Part shown: positions 40,947-51,535 of the stretch, in pieces
Position numbering within the stretch: position 1 is the stretch's first letter
Layout of the letters: the number at the start of each line of letters is the position of its first letter
NCBI RefSeq assembly: GCF_050920415.1
Contig: NZ_CP169309.1
Strand: one strand, 5' to 3'
Origin: Escherichia coli
GTDB taxonomy: Bacteria; Pseudomonadota; Gammaproteobacteria; Enterobacterales; Enterobacteriaceae
Length of the DNA stretch: 64,000 nucleotides
Notes under the pieces: model-generated
What the model was told of the DNA's origin: nothing
Databases searched by the model: none
The model's input: only the letters and a program-made list of their open reading frames with translations
Translations under genes and position numbers: made by a program

Positions 40947-41260
40947 AGAGAAATGTATCAGTCCGCTTGCTCATGCAAAGACTAACAATCCATAAAAATA
41001 GTAAGCGCGCCGGGCAATTTCCCATGGATTATTTTCTGAACATTTTTCTTTGGCAAAGATGATGAATTTTGATGATAAGGAATATTACTTCTGGTTCTCA
41101 GTAAAATCCTTTCGTAATACTATGTAATCAAGAAGTTTATGGCTGGTAAAAATAACGTCTTGCATTCACCAATTATATGTAAATAAAACCATCTATAGAT
41201 GGTAAAAATAGGTTGTGGCAATTATCATTGAACCATTCCCTTTTCGAATGAGTTTCTATT

Positions 41261-42799
41261 ATGCAACAACCTGTAGTTCGCGTTGGCGAATGGCTTGTTA
41301 CTCCGTCCATAAACCAAATTAGTCGCAATGGGCGTCAACTTACCCTTGAGCCGAGATTAATCGATCTTCTGGTTTTCTTTGCTCAACACAGTGGCGAAGT
41401 ACTTAGCAGGGATGAACTTATCGATAATGTCTGGAAGAGAAGTATTGTCACCAATCACGTTGTGACGCAGAGTATCTCAGAACTACGTAAGTCATTAAAA
41501 GATAATGATGAAGATAGTCCTGTCTATATCGCTACTGTACCAAAGCGCGGCTATAAATTAATGGTGCCGGTTATCTGGTACAGCGAAGAAGAGGGAGAGG
41601 AAATAATGCTATCTTCGCCTCCCCCTATACCAGAGGCGGTTCCTGACACAGATTCTCCCTCCCAAAGTCTTAACATTCAAAGCACCGCAACACCACCTGA
41701 ACAATCCCCAGTTAAAAGCAAACGATTCACTACCTTTTGGGTATGGTTTTTTTTCCTGTTGTCGTTAGGTATCTGTGTAGCACTGGTAGCGTTTTCAAGT
41801 CTTGATACACGTCTTCCTATGAGCAAATCGCGTATTTTGCTCAATCCACGCGATATTGACATTAATATGGTAAATAAAAGTTGTAACAGCTGGAGTTCCC
41901 CGTATCAGCTCTCTTACGCGATAGGCGTGGGTGATTTGGTGGCGACATCACTTAACACCTTCTCCACCTTTATGGTGCATGACAAAATCAACTACAACAT
42001 TGATGAACCGAGCAGTTCCGGTAAAACATTATCTATTGCGTTTGTTAATCAGCGCCAATACCGTGCTCAACAATGCTTTATGTCGGTAAAATTGGTAGAC
42101 AATGCAGATGGTTCAACCATGCTGGATAAACGTTATGTCATCACTAACGGTAATCAGCTGGCGATTCAAAATGATTTACTGGAGAGTTTATCAAAAGCGT
42201 TAAACCAACCGTGGCCACAACGAATGCAGGAGATGCTCCAGCAAATTTTGCCGCATCGTGGTGCGTTATTAACTAATTTTTATCAGGCTCATGATTATTT
42301 ACTGCATGGCGATGATAAATCATTGAACCGTGCCAGTGAATTACTAGGTGAGATTGTTCAATCATCCCCCGAATTTACCTACGCGAGAGCAGAAAAAGCA
42401 TTAGTTGATATCGTGCGCCATTCTCAACATCCTTTAGATGAAAAACAATTAGCAGCACTGAATACAGAAATAGATAACATTGTTACACTGCCGGAATTGA
42501 ACAACCTGTCCATTATATATCAAATAAAAGCGGTCAGTGCTCTGGTAAAAGGTAAAACAGATGAGTCTTACCAGGCGATAAATACTGGCATTGATCTTGA
42601 AATGTCCTGGCTAAATTATGTGTTGCTTGGCAAGGTTTATGAAATGAAGGGGATGAACCGGGAAGCAGCTGATGCATATCTCACCGCCTTTAATTTACGC
42701 CCAGGGGCAAACACCCTTTACTGGATTGAAAATGGTATATTCCAGACTTCTGTTCCTTATGTTGTACCTTATCTCGACAAATTTCTCGCCTCAGAATAA
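41261..42799 (+). CDS. cadC: Membrane-integrated transcriptional activator CadC (ToxR-like)
   Basis: 512-aa ORF MQQPVVRVGEWLVTPSINQISRNGRQLTLEPRLIDLLVFF...; winged-helix N-terminus, single TM, periplasmic sensor. Confidence 0.95.
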   Translation: MQQPVVRVGEWLVTPSINQISRNGRQLTLEPRLIDLLVFFAQHSGEVLSRDELIDNVWKRSIVTNHVVTQSISELRKSLKDNDEDSPVYIATVPKRGYKLMVPVIWYSEEEGEEIMLSSPPPIPEAVPDTDSPSQSLNIQSTATPPEQSPVKSKRFTTFWVWFFFLLSLGICVALVAFSSLDTRLPMSKSRILLNPRDIDINMVNKSCNSWSSPYQLSYAIGVGDLVATSLNTFSTFMVHDKINYNIDEPSSSGKTLSIAFVNQRQYRAQQCFMSVKLVDNADGSTMLDKRYVITNGNQLAIQNDLLESLSKALNQPWPQRMQEMLQQILPHRGALLTNFYQAHDYLLHGDDKSLNRASELLGEIVQSSPEFTYARAEKALVDIVRHSQHPLDEKQLAALNTEIDNIVTLPELNNLSIIYQIKAVSALVKGKTDESYQAINTGIDLEMSWLNYVLLGKVYEMKGMNREAADAYLTAFNLRPGANTLYWIENGIFQTSVPYVVPYLDKFLASE

Positions 42800-42874
42800 G
42801 TGACTCCCGGGTTGACTCATGCTCGGGAATATTTGTTGTTGATTTTTTGTATGTTATTGTTGATATAATATGTT

Positions 42875-42900
42875 GCGGCAATTTATTTGCCGCATATTTT
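42875..42900 (+). terminator. Terminator-like hairpin after cadC
   Basis: GCGGCAAAT-TT-ATTTGCCGC followed by a T-rich run. Confidence 0.5.
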
Positions 42901-42989
42901 TTATAACAGAAATTTAACCGAAAAACATCTCTTAATTCATTGTAAATATTGAATGTTTATCTTTTCATGATATCAACTTGCGATCCTGA

Positions 42990-43163
42990 TGTGTTAATAA
43001 AAAACCTCAAGTTCTCACTTACAGAAACTTTTGTGTTATTTCACCTAATCTTTAGGATTAATCTTTTTTTTTGAGTAATCTTGTCGCCAGTTTGGTCTGG
43101 TCAGTAAATAGTTACGCATCATGACCCGGACTCCAAATTCAAAAATGAAATTAGGAGAAGAGC
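42990..43163 (+). promoter_or_regulatory. cadBA promoter region (Pcad), CadC-dependent
   Basis: AT-rich region directly upstream of cadB; individual CadC sites not resolved by eye. Confidence 0.4.
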
Positions 43164-44498
43164 ATGAGTTCTGCCAAGAAGATCGGGCTATTTGCCTGTA
43201 CCGGTGTTGTTGCCGGTAATATGATGGGGAGCGGCATTGCATTATTGCCTGCGAACCTTGCAAGTATCGGTGGTATTGCTATCTGGGGTTGGATTATCTC
43301 TATTATTGGTGCAATGTCGTTGGCTTATGTATATGCCCGACTGGCAACAAAAAACCCGCAACAAGGTGGCCCAATTGCTTATGCCGGAGAAATTTCTCCT
43401 GCATTTGGTTTTCAGACAGGTGTTCTTTATTACCATGCTAACTGGATTGGTAACCTGGCGATTGGTATTACCGCTGTATCTTATCTTTCCACCTTCTTCC
43501 CTGTATTAAATGATCCTGTTCCGGCGGGTATCGCTTGTATTGCTATCGTCTGGGTATTTACCTTTGTAAATATGCTCGGCGGTACCTGGGTAAGCCGTTT
43601 AACCACTATTGGTCTGGTGCTGGTTCTTATTCCTGTAGTTATGACTGCTATTGTTGGCTGGCATTGGTTTGATGCTGCAACTTATGCTGCTAACTGGAAT
43701 ACCGCAGGTACTACTGATGGTCATGCGATCATTAAAAGTATTCTGCTCTGCCTGTGGGCCTTCGTGGGTGTTGAATCCGCAGCGGTAAGTACTGGTATGG
43801 TTAAAAACCCGAAACGTACCGTTCCGCTGGCAACCATGCTGGGTACTGGTTTAGCAGGTATTGTTTACATCGCTGCGACTCAGGTGCTTTCCGGTATGTA
43901 TCCGTCTTCTGTAATGGCAGGCTCCGGTGCTCCGTTTGCAATCAGTGCTTCTACTATCCTGGGTAACTGGGCTGCGCCGATGGTTTCTGCATTCACCGCT
44001 TTTGCGTGCCTGACTTCTCTGGGTTCCTGGATGATGCTGGTAGGTCAGGCAGGTGTGCGTGCCGCTAACGACGGTAACTTCCCGAAAGTTTATGGTGAAG
44101 TCGACAGCAACGGTATTCCGAAAAAAGGTCTGCTGCTGGCTGCAGTGAAAATGACTGCCCTGATGATCCTCATCACTCTGATGAACTCTGCCGGTGGTAA
44201 AGCATCTGACCTGTTCGGTGAACTGACCGGTATCGCAGTACTGCTGACTATGCTGCCGTACTTCTACTCTTGCGTTGACCTGATTCGTTTTGAAGGCGTT
44301 AACATCCGCAACTTTGTCAGCCTGATCTGCTCTGTACTGGGTTGCGTGTTCTGCTTCATCGCGCTGATGGGCGCAAGCTCCTTCGAGCTGGCAGGTACCT
44401 TCATCGTCAGCCTGATTATCCTGATGTTCTACGCTCGCAAAATGCACGAGCGCCAGAGCCACTCAATGGATAACCACACAGCGTCTAACGCACATTAA
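43164..44498 (+). CDS. cadB: Lysine/cadaverine antiporter CadB
   Basis: 444-aa APC-family ORF MSSAKKIGLFACTGVVAGNMMGSGIALLPANLA... Confidence 0.95.
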   Translation: MSSAKKIGLFACTGVVAGNMMGSGIALLPANLASIGGIAIWGWIISIIGAMSLAYVYARLATKNPQQGGPIAYAGEISPAFGFQTGVLYYHANWIGNLAIGITAVSYLSTFFPVLNDPVPAGIACIAIVWVFTFVNMLGGTWVSRLTTIGLVLVLIPVVMTAIVGWHWFDAATYAANWNTAGTTDGHAIIKSILLCLWAFVGVESAAVSTGMVKNPKRTVPLATMLGTGLAGIVYIAATQVLSGMYPSSVMAGSGAPFAISASTILGNWAAPMVSAFTAFACLTSLGSWMMLVGQAGVRAANDGNFPKVYGEVDSNGIPKKGLLLAAVKMTALMILITLMNSAGGKASDLFGELTGIAVLLTMLPYFYSCVDLIRFEGVNIRNFVSLICSVLGCVFCFIALMGASSFELAGTFIVSLIILMFYARKMHERQSHSMDNHTASNAH

Positions 44499-44577
44499 TT
44501 AAAAGTATTTTCCGAGGCTCCTCCTTTCATTTTGTCCCATGTGTTGGGAGGGGCCTTTTTTACCTGGAGATATGACT

Positions 44578-46725
44578 ATGAACGTTATTGCAATATTGAA
44601 TCACATGGGGGTTTATTTTAAAGAAGAACCCATCCGTGAACTTCATCGCGCGCTTGAACGTCTGAACTTCCAGATTGTTTACCCGAATGACCGTGACGAC
44701 TTATTAAAACTGATCGAAAACAATGCGCGTCTGTGCGGTGTTATTTTTGACTGGGATAAATATAATCTCGAGCTGTGCGAAGAAATTAGCAAAATGAACG
44801 AGAACCTGCCGTTGTACGCGTTCGCTAATACGTATTCCACTCTCGATGTCAGCCTGAATGACCTGCGTTTACAGATTAGCTTCTTTGAATATGCGCTGGG
44901 TGCTGCTGATGATATTGCTAACAAGATCAAGCAGACCACTGACGAATATATCAACACTATTCTGCCTCCGCTGACCAAAGCACTGTTTAAATATGTTCGT
45001 GAAGGTAAATATACTTTCTGTACTCCTGGTCACATGGGCGGTACTGCATTCCAGAAAAGCCCGGTAGGTAGCCTGTTCTATGATTTCTTTGGTCCGAACA
45101 CCATGAAATCTGATATTTCCATTTCAGTATCTGAATTGGGTTCTCTGCTGGATCACAGCGGTCCGCACAAAGAAGCAGAACAGTATATCGCTCGCGTATT
45201 TAACGCAGACCGCAGCTACATGGTGACCAACGGTACTTCCACTGCGAACAAAATTGTTGGTATGTACTCTGCTCCGGCAGGCAGCACCATTCTGATTGAC
45301 CGTAACTGCCACAAATCGCTGACCCACCTGATGATGATGAGCGATGTTACGCCAATCTATTTCCGCCCGACCCGTAACGCTTACGGTATTCTTGGTGGTA
45401 TCCCACAGAGTGAATTCCAGCACGCTACCATTGCTAAGCGCGTAAAAGAAACACCAAACGCGACCTGGCCGGTACATGCCGTAATTACTAACTCTACCTA
45501 TGATGGCCTGCTGTACAACACCGACTTCATCAAGAAAACACTGGATGTAAAATCCATCCACTTTGACTCCGCGTGGGTGCCTTACACCAACTTCTCACCG
45601 ATTTACGAAGGTAAATGCGGTATGAGCGGTGGCCGTGTAGAAGGGAAAGTGATTTACGAAACCCAGTCTACTCACAAACTGCTGGCGGCGTTCTCTCAGG
45701 CTTCCATGATCCACGTTAAAGGTGATGTAAACGAAGAAACCTTTAACGAAGCCTACATGATGCACACCACCACTTCTCCGCACTACGGTATCGTGGCGTC
45801 CACTGAAACCGCTGCGGCGATGATGAAAGGTAATGCTGGTAAGCGTCTGATCAACGGTTCCATTGAACGTGCGATCAAGTTCCGTAAAGAGATCAAACGC
45901 CTGAGAACGGAATCTGATGGCTGGTTCTTTGATGTATGGCAGCCGGATCATATCGATACCACTGAATGCTGGCCGCTGCGTTCTGACAGCTCCTGGCACG
46001 GCTTCAAGAACATCGACAATGAGCACATGTATCTTGACCCGATCAAAGTCACCCTGCTGACCCCGGGGATGGAAAAAGACGGCACCATGAGCGACTTTGG
46101 TATTCCGGCCAGCATCGTGGCGAAATACCTCGACGAACATGGCATCGTTGTTGAGAAAACCGGCCCGTATAACCTGCTGTTCCTGTTCAGCATCGGTATT
46201 GATAAGACCAAAGCATTGAGCCTGCTGCGTGCTCTGACTGACTTCAAACGTGCGTTCGACCTGAACCTGCGTGTGAAAAACATGCTGCCGTCTCTGTATC
46301 GTGAAGATCCTGAATTCTATGAAGATATGCGTATTCAGGAACTGGCTCAGAATATCCACAAACTGATTGTTCACCACAATCTGCCGGATCTGATGTATCG
46401 CGCATTTGAAGTGCTGCCGACAATGGTAATGACTCCGTATGCTGCGTTCCAGAAAGAGCTGCACGGTATGACCGAAGAAGTTTACCTCGACGAAATGGTA
46501 GGTCGTATTAACGCCAATATGATCCTTCCGTATCCGCCGGGAGTTCCTCTGGTAATGCCGGGTGAAATGATCACCGAAGAAAGCCGTCCGGTGCTGGAGT
46601 TCCTGCAGATGCTGTGTGAAATCGGCGCTCACTATCCGGGCTTTGAAACCGATATTCACGGTGCATACCGTCAGGCTGATGGTCGCTATACCGTTAAGGT
46701 ATTGAAAGAAGAAAGCAAAAAATAA
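44578..46725 (+). CDS. cadA: Inducible lysine decarboxylase CadA
   Basis: ORF-track 728 aa; start set at MNVIAILNHMGVYFKEEPIREL... (715 aa); PLP fold. Confidence 0.96.
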   Translation: MNVIAILNHMGVYFKEEPIRELHRALERLNFQIVYPNDRDDLLKLIENNARLCGVIFDWDKYNLELCEEISKMNENLPLYAFANTYSTLDVSLNDLRLQISFFEYALGAADDIANKIKQTTDEYINTILPPLTKALFKYVREGKYTFCTPGHMGGTAFQKSPVGSLFYDFFGPNTMKSDISISVSELGSLLDHSGPHKEAEQYIARVFNADRSYMVTNGTSTANKIVGMYSAPAGSTILIDRNCHKSLTHLMMMSDVTPIYFRPTRNAYGILGGIPQSEFQHATIAKRVKETPNATWPVHAVITNSTYDGLLYNTDFIKKTLDVKSIHFDSAWVPYTNFSPIYEGKCGMSGGRVEGKVIYETQSTHKLLAAFSQASMIHVKGDVNEETFNEAYMMHTTTSPHYGIVASTETAAAMMKGNAGKRLINGSIERAIKFRKEIKRLRTESDGWFFDVWQPDHIDTTECWPLRSDSSWHGFKNIDNEHMYLDPIKVTLLTPGMEKDGTMSDFGIPASIVAKYLDEHGIVVEKTGPYNLLFLFSIGIDKTKALSLLRALTDFKRAFDLNLRVKNMLPSLYREDPEFYEDMRIQELAQNIHKLIVHHNLPDLMYRAFEVLPTMVMTPYAAFQKELHGMTEEVYLDEMVGRINANMILPYPPGVPLVMPGEMITEESRPVLEFLQMLCEIGAHYPGFETDIHGAYRQADGRYTVKVLKEESKK

Positions 46726-46783
46726 TTAGCTCGTACAAGGGAAGTGGCTTGCCACTTCCCTTTTTTGCTCATAAGGAGAACAC

Positions 46784-48241
46784 ATGAAAACACCCTCACA
46801 GCCGCGCGCGATATACTATATCGTGGCGATCCAAATCTGGGAGTACTTCAGTTTTTACGGCATGCGTGCCTTACTCATTCTCTACCTCACCCATCAGCTT
46901 GGTTTTGATGATAACCATGCCATCAGTCTGTTCAGCGCATATGCTTCTCTGGTTTACGTTACCCCTATTCTCGGCGGCTGGCTTGCCGACCGCCTGCTCG
47001 GCAACCGCACTGCAGTGATTGCCGGCGCGCTGTTAATGACCCTTGGCCATGTGGTGCTGGGCATTGATACAAATTCAACCTTTAGCCTGTATCTGGCGCT
47101 GGCAATCATTATTTGTGGCTACGGTTTATTCAAATCGAACATCAGCTGTTTGCTTGGCGAGCTCTATGCCCCTGACGATCATCGACGTGATGGCGGTTTT
47201 TCGCTGCTGTATGCTGCGGGCAATATCGGTTCTATCGCAGCCCCCATCGCCTGCGGTCTGGCTGCTCAGTGGTATGGATGGCATGTTGGCTTTGCCCTTG
47301 CGGGTGGTGGCATGTTTATCGGTTTGTTGATTTTCTTAAGCGGTCATCGTCATTTCCAGTCAACGCGTAGTATGGATAAAAAAGCGCTCACTCGCGTGAA
47401 ATTTGCCTTACCGGTATGGAGCTGGTTAGTGGTGATGCTCTGTTTAGCCCCAGTATTTTTTACCCTACTGCTGGAGAACGACTGGTCCGGATATTTGCTG
47501 GCGATCGTTTGCCTTATTGCTGCACAAATCATTGCCCGCATGATGATCAAATACCCCGAACACCGTCGTGCTCTTTGGCAAATAGTATTGTTGATGCTTG
47601 TCGGAACGTTGTTCTGGGTACTGGCACAACAGGGCGGCAGCACCATCAGCTTGTTTATCGATCGCTTTGTGAATCGTCAGGCATTCAATATTGAAGTGCC
47701 GACTGCGCTATTCCAGTCAGTGAATGCGATTGCAGTGATGCTCGCTGGGGTTGTTCTGGCCTGGCTGGCGTCGCCAGAAAGCCGCGGCAATTCAGCATTG
47801 CGCGTCTGGCTGAAGTTTGCCTTTGGCTTACTGCTGATGGCTTGTGGCTTTATGTTGCTGGCATTTGATGCCCGACATGCAGCGGCTGGCGGTCAAGCGT
47901 CAATGGGCGTGATGATATCCGGGCTGGCGCTAATGGGCTTTGCCGAACTCTTTATTGACCCGGTGGCGATTGCGCAAATCACGCGTCTGAAAATGTCTGG
48001 CGTATTAACCGGTATTTATATGCTGGCAACAGGCGCGGTCGCCAACTGGCTGGCAGGCGTCGTGGCACAGCAGACGACAGAGTCGCAAATTAGCGGAATG
48101 GCAATTGCAGCTTACCAGCGATTCTTTTCTCAGATGGGAGAGTGGACGTTGGCTTGTGTCGCGATCATCGTGGTATTGGCCTTTGCTACCCGTTTTCTGT
48201 TTAGCACGCCGACGAATATGATACAGGAGAGCAACGATTAA
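46784..48241 (+). CDS. dtpC: Dipeptide/tripeptide:H+ symporter DtpC (YjdL), POT family
   Basis: 485-aa [39 protein letters not shown]... Confidence 0.92.
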   Translation: MKTPSQPRAIYYIVAIQIWEYFSFYGMRALLILYLTHQLGFDDNHAISLFSAYASLVYVTPILGGWLADRLLGNRTAVIAGALLMTLGHVVLGIDTNSTFSLYLALAIIICGYGLFKSNISCLLGELYAPDDHRRDGGFSLLYAAGNIGSIAAPIACGLAAQWYGWHVGFALAGGGMFIGLLIFLSGHRHFQSTRSMDKKALTRVKFALPVWSWLVVMLCLAPVFFTLLLENDWSGYLLAIVCLIAAQIIARMMIKYPEHRRALWQIVLLMLVGTLFWVLAQQGGSTISLFIDRFVNRQAFNIEVPTALFQSVNAIAVMLAGVVLAWLASPESRGNSALRVWLKFAFGLLLMACGFMLLAFDARHAAAGGQASMGVMISGLALMGFAELFIDPVAIAQITRLKMSGVLTGIYMLATGAVANWLAGVVAQQTTESQISGMAIAAYQRFFSQMGEWTLACVAIIVVLAFATRFLFSTPTNMIQESND

Positions 48242-48477
48242 CTGTCGTAAAAACAATTGGTTATGAATAAATTAACTTTCAGTTTATCACACTAGCAAAT
48301 CGAGATTAATAAGTCATTTAAACCATTTTTATGGTTATTTATTAGTGATATCAACTTGAGGTAAGCGTTAGTTTCGATAAGATAAACTGAGTTATTAATA
48401 GTCGAGGCAGATAATACAGTGTACCGATCTGTCTCTTTATCTACGCTAAATTGAAAGCTGGATTTAGAGGAACCAAA

Positions 48478-49995
48478 ATGTCTGAACGAGAAACACGGGG
48501 AGCCAATGAGGCTATTGATTTTAACGATGAACTGAGAAATCGCCGCGAAAAACTGGCAGCACTGCGTCAGCAAGGTGTGGCGTTTCCTAATGATTTTCGC
48601 CGCGACCATACCTCTGACCAGTTGCACGAAGAGTTTGATGCGAAGGATAACCAGGAACTGGAATCCTTAAACATTGAAGTCTCGGTTGCTGGCCGAATGA
48701 TGACCCGTCGTATCATGGGGAAAGCCTCCTTTGTAACGTTGCAGGATGTCGGTGGCCGTATTCAACTGTACGTTGCACGAGATAGCCTGCCAGAAGGTGT
48801 TTATAACGATCAGTTTAAAAAATGGGACCTCGGCGACATTATCGGTGCCCGCGGTACGCTGTTTAAGACGCAAACGGGTGAACTTTCCATTCACTGTACT
48901 GAGCTGCGCCTGCTGACTAAAGCACTACGTCCTTTACCAGATAAATTCCATGGTCTGCAGGATCAGGAAGTCCGTTATCGTCAACGTTATCTGGACCTCA
49001 TCGCTAACGATAAATCCCGTCAAACGTTTGTTGTCCGTTCAAAAATTCTGGCCGCTATCCGCCAGTTCATGGTCGCGCGCGGCTTTATGGAAGTAGAAAC
49101 CCCGATGATGCAGGTAATTCCAGGTGGGGCATCTGCTCGCCCGTTTATTACCCATCATAATGCTCTGGATTTGGATATGTACCTGCGTATTGCGCCGGAG
49201 CTATATCTGAAACGTCTGGTTGTAGGTGGTTTTGAACGGGTATTCGAAATCAACCGTAACTTCCGTAATGAAGGTATTTCTGTTCGTCATAATCCTGAGT
49301 TCACGATGATGGAACTCTACATGGCGTATGCGGATTACCACGATTTGATTGAACTGACGGAATCACTGTTCCGCACTCTGGCACAAGAGGTACTGGGTAC
49401 CACTAAAGTCACTTATGGCGAGCATGTGTTTGATTTCGGCAAACCGTTTGAAAAACTCACCATGCGCGAAGCAATCAAAAAATATCGTCCAGAAACCGAT
49501 ATGGCGGACCTGGATAATTTTGATGCTGCTAAAGCATTAGCTGAATCTATCGGAATTACGGTAGAGAAAAGCTGGGGGCTGGGACGCATTGTCACGGAGA
49601 TCTTTGATGAAGTGGCAGAAGCACATCTGATTCAGCCAACCTTTATCACGGAATATCCGGCAGAAGTGTCACCGCTGGCGCGCCGTAATGATGTTAACCC
49701 GGAAATCACCGACCGTTTTGAATTCTTCATCGGTGGTCGTGAAATCGGTAATGGTTTTAGCGAATTAAACGACGCAGAAGATCAGGCGGAACGTTTCCAG
49801 GAACAGGTTAACGCTAAAGCTGCAGGTGACGACGAAGCCATGTTCTATGACGAAGATTACGTGACTGCGCTGGAATATGGTCTGCCGCCAACCGCGGGTC
49901 TGGGTATTGGTATCGACCGAATGATTATGCTGTTTACTAACAGTCATACTATTCGCGACGTTATTCTCTTCCCGGCGATGCGTCCACAGAAATAA
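48478..49995 (+). CDS. lysU: Lysine--tRNA ligase, heat-inducible (LysU)
   Basis: ORF-track 514 aa; start set at [33 protein letters not shown]...; class II aaRS motifs; identified as lysU by its position next to cadBA/dtpC. Confidence 0.93.
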   Translation: MSERETRGANEAIDFNDELRNRREKLAALRQQGVAFPNDFRRDHTSDQLHEEFDAKDNQELESLNIEVSVAGRMMTRRIMGKASFVTLQDVGGRIQLYVARDSLPEGVYNDQFKKWDLGDIIGARGTLFKTQTGELSIHCTELRLLTKALRPLPDKFHGLQDQEVRYRQRYLDLIANDKSRQTFVVRSKILAAIRQFMVARGFMEVETPMMQVIPGGASARPFITHHNALDLDMYLRIAPELYLKRLVVGGFERVFEINRNFRNEGISVRHNPEFTMMELYMAYADYHDLIELTESLFRTLAQEVLGTTKVTYGEHVFDFGKPFEKLTMREAIKKYRPETDMADLDNFDAAKALAESIGITVEKSWGLGRIVTEIFDEVAEAHLIQPTFITEYPAEVSPLARRNDVNPEITDRFEFFIGGREIGNGFSELNDAEDQAERFQEQVNAKAAGDDEAMFYDEDYVTALEYGLPPTAGLGIGIDRMIMLFTNSHTIRDVILFPAMRPQK

Positions 49996-50006
49996 ATTTC
50001 ATTTTA

Positions 50007-50040
50007 ACGAACGAAGCAGTCAGACGACTGCTTCGTTCGT
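50007..50040. terminator. Bidirectional terminator-like hairpin between lysU and ghoT
   Basis: Perfect 15-bp inverted repeat ACGAACGAAGCAGTC-AGAC-GACTGCTTCGTTCGT between convergent genes; no strong T-run. Confidence 0.45.
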
Positions 50041-50113
50041 CGTTCCACAAATCCAGTTTCGAGGAGAGACGCTTCGTTTCAAGATAACCAGCGGGTCCAC
50101 TCAACTACAGCTC

Positions 50114-50287
50114 CTAAAAGAGAGAAAAAAGTAATGCCACAGGCAGGCTCATTGGCCAGGTTATTCCGACCAGAAATGCACTAAGTAAACGAATATGTGT
50201 TTTCTCATGTGAGATAAACCAGATAATGACAAAGGATATGTTCACACCAATCACATAAAAAATTAATATTTTAGAGAATAGTGCCAT
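50114..50287 (-). CDS. ghoT: Type V toxin GhoT (small membrane-lytic peptide)
   Basis: 57-aa ORF MALFSKILIFYVIGVNISFVIIWFISHEKTHIRLLSAFLVGITWPMSLPVALLFSLF, immediately downstream of ghoS; below the ORF-track size cut-off. Confidence 0.85.
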   Translation of the reverse strand: MALFSKILIFYVIGVNISFVIIWFISHEKTHIRLLSAFLVGITWPMSLPVALLFSLF

Positions 50288-50314
50288 TTTTTATGTTCTT
50301 CTTATCCTTCCTGA

Positions 50315-50611
50315 CTACTTGTAAAACTGACGGAAATAGTCATCAACGGTCATAATGTTGAGGTCAAAATCAATATCCGGTAAGTCTAAGCATTTGAGCC
50401 TGATTAAATCTTCGATTTCACTTGCGGCTAACGATGTCGTTATTGCGAAGGAATTTTCATTCAATTGTCGTGGTATCCCATATTCATCAGCCACGATAGA
50501 GGAGAAATTCATATCATACATCAATGATCTTAACCTTAAGAACACTGAGGAATAAGATGATGGATAATCAAAAGAAACAACATAAGTATTGAACTTGTTT
50601 TTACCTTCCAT
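50315..50611 (-). CDS. ghoS: Type V antitoxin GhoS (endoribonuclease)
   Basis: 98-aa ORF MEGKNKFNTYVVSFDYPSSYSSVFLRLRSLMYDMNFSS... Confidence 0.88.
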   Translation of the reverse strand: MEGKNKFNTYVVSFDYPSSYSSVFLRLRSLMYDMNFSSIVADEYGIPRQLNENSFAITTSLAASEIEDLIRLKCLDLPDIDFDLNIMTVDDYFRQFYK

Positions 50612-50840
50612 AATATGACTCCTATCAATATTAAAACGATCTGGGGACGCACAACTTATTAACCCCGATCGATGATTCTCATATAGGAGATATTCTTTTT
50701 TTTTTGCTCAGTAAAGGGGATGACTTGGGACAAGAAAACGCTCTCTCTGACCATTCTTTGTGCATCCCCCTACCCTTCAGATTCTCTCCTGCATCACACC
50801 GCGGAGAGCATGAAAAATATCGTGACTCTGTACTCTCCCA

Positions 50841-51113
50841 TCAACTGCGAATATCATCATACTCCCGCGTTTTATCAAATTCGTGTTTCGCAAATGGACA
50901 TAATGGGATAATTTTTCGTTTTTCCCGACGCATTTTTTCCACGACTTTCGCAACCAGCTGTTTACCAATCCCCTGCCCTTTCAGGCTTTCATCGACATCG
51001 GTATGTTCGATAATCGCTAAATTCTTGCCGGTCGGCACAAAGACAATTTCAGCAATTTGCTTGCCCTGTTCGTCATTAATGTAAAATTTATTGTGGCCTT
51101 CGCGTATTTCCAT
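50841..51113 (-). CDS. yjdJ: GNAT-family N-acetyltransferase YjdJ
   Basis: 90-aa ORF with GNAT acetyl-CoA motif ([16 protein letters not shown]). Confidence 0.85.
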   Translation of the reverse strand: MEIREGHNKFYINDEQGKQIAEIVFVPTGKNLAIIEHTDVDESLKGQGIGKQLVAKVVEKMRREKRKIIPLCPFAKHEFDKTREYDDIRS

Positions 51114-51124
51114 TTTACCCTCGC

Positions 51125-51355
51125 TTATTTATGACGGTATTTCAGCGCGCCGCTCGGGCACGTATCAATCACTTTAACCACAGTGGCAACGTCGACTTCA
51201 TCCGGCATGATCCACGGCTTTCGTTTGAGATTAAATAACTTGCCGTTGCCACGTACGCAATTGCCAGAATGCTGACATATCGCAGTGTTGAAATAGACAT
51301 CGATCTTTTCGCCGGTATAACAGCGATAACCCCCGTCCAGTAGCGCCTGATCCAT
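51125..51355 (-). CDS. yjdI: Uncharacterised Cys-rich protein YjdI
   Basis: 76-aa ORF with several Cys residues ([25 protein letters not shown]...). Confidence 0.8.
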   Translation of the reverse strand: MDQALLDGGYRCYTGEKIDVYFNTAICQHSGNCVRGNGKLFNLKRKPWIMPDEVDVATVVKVIDTCPSGALKYRHK

Positions 51356-51535
51356 GACCTTCCCTCTCTCATCAGTATGGTTTTCACTATAAGCATAGCC
51401 CTGGAATCTTCATACAGCACTGGCAGTTTCCGTTGCCAGAGTCTCTTCCCCTATATAGCCAATCATTCTTACTCCCTTTGAATTACCCGCCTCATCAGAG
51501 ATAATGCTTAAGAAATTTGTCACACAAGGAAGCTG

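Noticed and set aside
40630-41260. Genomic island or prophage inserted at tRNA-Phe
   Set aside because: Only about 630 bp separate pheU from cadC, with no intact integrase or cargo genes; at most a small remnant
45595-46659. 354-aa ORF antisense to cadA
   Set aside because: Lies entirely inside the well-supported cadA coding sequence on the opposite strand; typical shadow ORF with no independent signal
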